Origin: a virus | Lineage: Duplodnaviria > Caudoviricetes | Virus record (IMG/VR): IMGVR_UViG_3300011443_000201 | Span: 1-25,005 of that record | Strand: one strand, 5' to 3' | Length of the DNA stretch: 25,005 bases | In this document: positions 23,459 to 25,005 of the stretch, in pieces | Layout: each line of letters starts with the position of its first letter | How positions within the stretch are numbered: the stretch's first letter is position 1 | Notes under the pieces: model-generated | The model's input: the letters and a program-made list of their open reading frames with translations, nothing else | The model's database searches: none | Told to the model about the DNA's origin: nothing | Program-made: the position numbers and the translations under genes

Positions 23459-24580
23459 ATGGCAAAGAAAATAAACTTTAAAAGTGAGTCCGGTTCAGTA
23501 ACGTCAGAACTTGGGAACACAGCAACGACAACCAGGGAGTATGATTTTCCAGATAAAAGTATTGTTGTAGCTGATGATGCGGACATAGCCGGAGTATCAG
23601 AATCTTATACAGCTACGATAACATTTGATCTGAGAAAGAAATACTCAAGTACTACGCAAACCGGTGCGATTGCTATTGCTTTGGCTGGATCGGGGCATAT
23701 TAACAACAGCGAATATAGATTGGTGATCGACGGAAACGGATCAAATACATTAACAATAAGTTCGGCGTTTAATGTTTTCGGTGTTTTAGACAACTCTAAA
23801 AGAAACATATTATACCTCAGATACATAAGTTCCACAGTTAAGCCGATTGCAATAATTTACACTGAGCCTCTGGTTACGTTTGTCAATGAATATTCACTTT
23901 CAATAGCGGTAGCCACACCGGACAACTCGGCATCGTTGTCTGATTCTGGTGCGACGTTAGACTTCACCAATGGATCAGGAACAGACGTAGCGGGATCTTT
24001 CTTTGCTTGGATTAAGTTAAACGCGGTTGGTATTAGTCAATGTATAATGTCCAGGGGGGACGCTGGATCAAACGCATATATTCAGTTTAACATTGGCACT
24101 GATAATAAGTTGGTTGTTTATATGGCTGTTAACGGATCCAACTACATCGGTAAGCAACAAACAACCGCCACACTAGTTACGGGGATATGGACACGGGTAG
24201 GATTCACAAAGTCTACAGCAGAGGCTCATACAGGGATAATACTTTATGTCAACGGCCTTGCTGTCGCACTCACTAACGTGTCGGCTGGTTCTTACACCGG
24301 GGTTACAGCAGGAGGTACGACTAAGATTGGACATCAAAATGTTAGCGCTGGCGTGACTGGTAATTTTTTGGTAGATGACGCAAGTTTTTATAACGTAGAA
24401 CTAACCGCAGCACAAGTATTAGAAGATTATAACGGTGGATTCTGCCACGATAAAAGAACAACTTCTTTCGCTGCTAACCTTATCTCTTATCATTCATTCG
24501 AGCAGAACGGAACTGATCTTACCGGTAACGGACACACAGCAACGATAACAACCGCTGTTTATAATTCAGCCCATCCATGA
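23459..24580 (+). CDS. Tail-associated protein with C-terminal LamG/concanavalin A-like domain
   Basis: Likely start ATG 23459 (MAKKINF), 5 nt after the upstream stop. SFFAWIK, GIWTRVGFT, LYVNG, IG, VDDASFYNVELTAAQV..DYN, NLISYHSF. Confidence 0.8.
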   Translation: MAKKINFKSESGSVTSELGNTATTTREYDFPDKSIVVADDADIAGVSESYTATITFDLRKKYSSTTQTGAIAIALAGSGHINNSEYRLVIDGNGSNTLTISSAFNVFGVLDNSKRNILYLRYISSTVKPIAIIYTEPLVTFVNEYSLSIAVATPDNSASLSDSGATLDFTNGSGTDVAGSFFAWIKLNAVGISQCIMSRGDAGSNAYIQFNIGTDNKLVVYMAVNGSNYIGKQQTTATLVTGIWTRVGFTKSTAEAHTGIILYVNGLAVALTNVSAGSYTGVTAGGTTKIGHQNVSAGVTGNFLVDDASFYNVELTAAQVLEDYNGGFCHDKRTTSFAANLISYHSFEQNGTDLTGNGHTATITTAVYNSAHP

Positions 24581-25005
24581 CCAAACTGCTACCAGAGAAA
24601 ATAACTTATTACGCACCCACCACTGCGTCAAATACGGCTACGATAGAGTTTCTGAATATGAAACTTGGTGCGATGATATGTTTTAATATCAACGCATTCA
24701 TCGGCAACAATGCTCAGATGTTTACAAGGGCCATACAACACCCATCTAAATTCACGTTGGCTGATGTGGATGTTAAAACATGGGCGACTCAGGTTGCAGC
24801 CTCTGGGAAAATAAAATACTGCTACCTGACAGTTACTAACGAGATGGGGTTTTCGATATACCCTTCAACTATTATAAATGACTTTGGTCCTGTTACTGTA
24901 CCGGGAATAAATATCTCAAGTATGACAGTGCCGCCTTATCAACGGTATAATGTAGGGGCCAGTCATAGCGCAGATCAGAATATTATAGGAAAGTTTTACC
25001 ATGAA
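24577..25005 (+). CDS. Partial ORF (143 codons, runs off the window), divergent GH29 alpha-L-fucosidase-like TIM barrel
   Basis: ATGA overlap. FLNMKLGAMICFNINAF...PSKF...DVDVKTWA......IKYCYLTVTNEMGFSIYPS...YNV......NIIGKF aligns by eye with GH29 (KFGMFIHFG..F..P..F.P..D..QWA....AG.KY.VLTAKHHDGF.LWPS..Y.V....DIV..F). Confidence 0.68.
   Translation, partial: MTKLLPEKITYYAPTTASNTATIEFLNMKLGAMICFNINAFIGNNAQMFTRAIQHPSKFTLADVDVKTWATQVAASGKIKYCYLTVTNEMGFSIYPSTIINDFGPVTVPGINISSMTVPPYQRYNVGASHSADQNIIGKFYHE

Larger units (their letters stand above)
1..25005 (+). mobile_element. Tailed phage/prophage late gene region (HK97-fold head, non-contractile tail), probable Bacteroidota host
   Basis: Co-oriented, overlapping genes in canonical order TerL-portal-protease-MCP-neck-tube-chaperones-TMP-tail tip. 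No sheath gene. No integrase or att site is in the window, so free phage versus prophage cannot be decided. Confidence 0.97.

Noticed and set aside
762-23835. Numerous 60-119 aa alternative-frame and minus-strand ORFs in the track (e.g. 762..1121, 6892..7227, 13698..14057, 22506..22769)
   Set aside because: They lie wholly or largely within well-supported + strand genes and have shadow-ORF composition with no motifs.
1-25005. CRISPR array, diversity-generating retroelement, integrase/att site, intron or intein
   Set aside because: No regularly spaced repeats, reverse transcriptase, adenine-variant repeat pair, recombinase or intein motifs were noticed by eye. A computational self-alignment would be needed to exclude a subtle repeat.

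Overview
The whole window is the late (virion morphogenesis) region of an HK97-fold tailed phage or prophage with siphovirus-like gene order. The order is: terminase large subunit, a four-gene sugar-modification cassette, portal, prohead protease, major capsid, neck genes with a further glycosyltransferase embedded among them, tail tube, a -1 frameshifted chaperone pair, tape measure, a large tail-tip protein, and a series of glycan-binding or glycan-degrading tail-associated proteins. The host is probably a member of Bacteroidota, based on A-rich starts without obvious Shine-Dalgarno motifs, a TTG-N19-TAnnTTcG promoter, an SprB-like repeat and an A|Q signal peptide. Most notable: (1) three glycosyltransferases, a sugar N-formyltransferase and a WbuX/WbpG-like amidotransferase are interleaved with head and neck genes, a candidate virion-glycosylation system using formamido/amidated sugars; (2) the TerL nuclease catalytic aspartates appear lost; (3) a signal peptide precedes a 1052-aa tail-like beta-helix protein; (4) there is an in-frame TAA in the tail-tip gene; (5) two ORFs are missing from the ORF track, a 58-aa antisense ORF and a partial divergent GH29 fucosidase-like ORF. 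All family calls are by-eye motif recognition, and no database searches were run.
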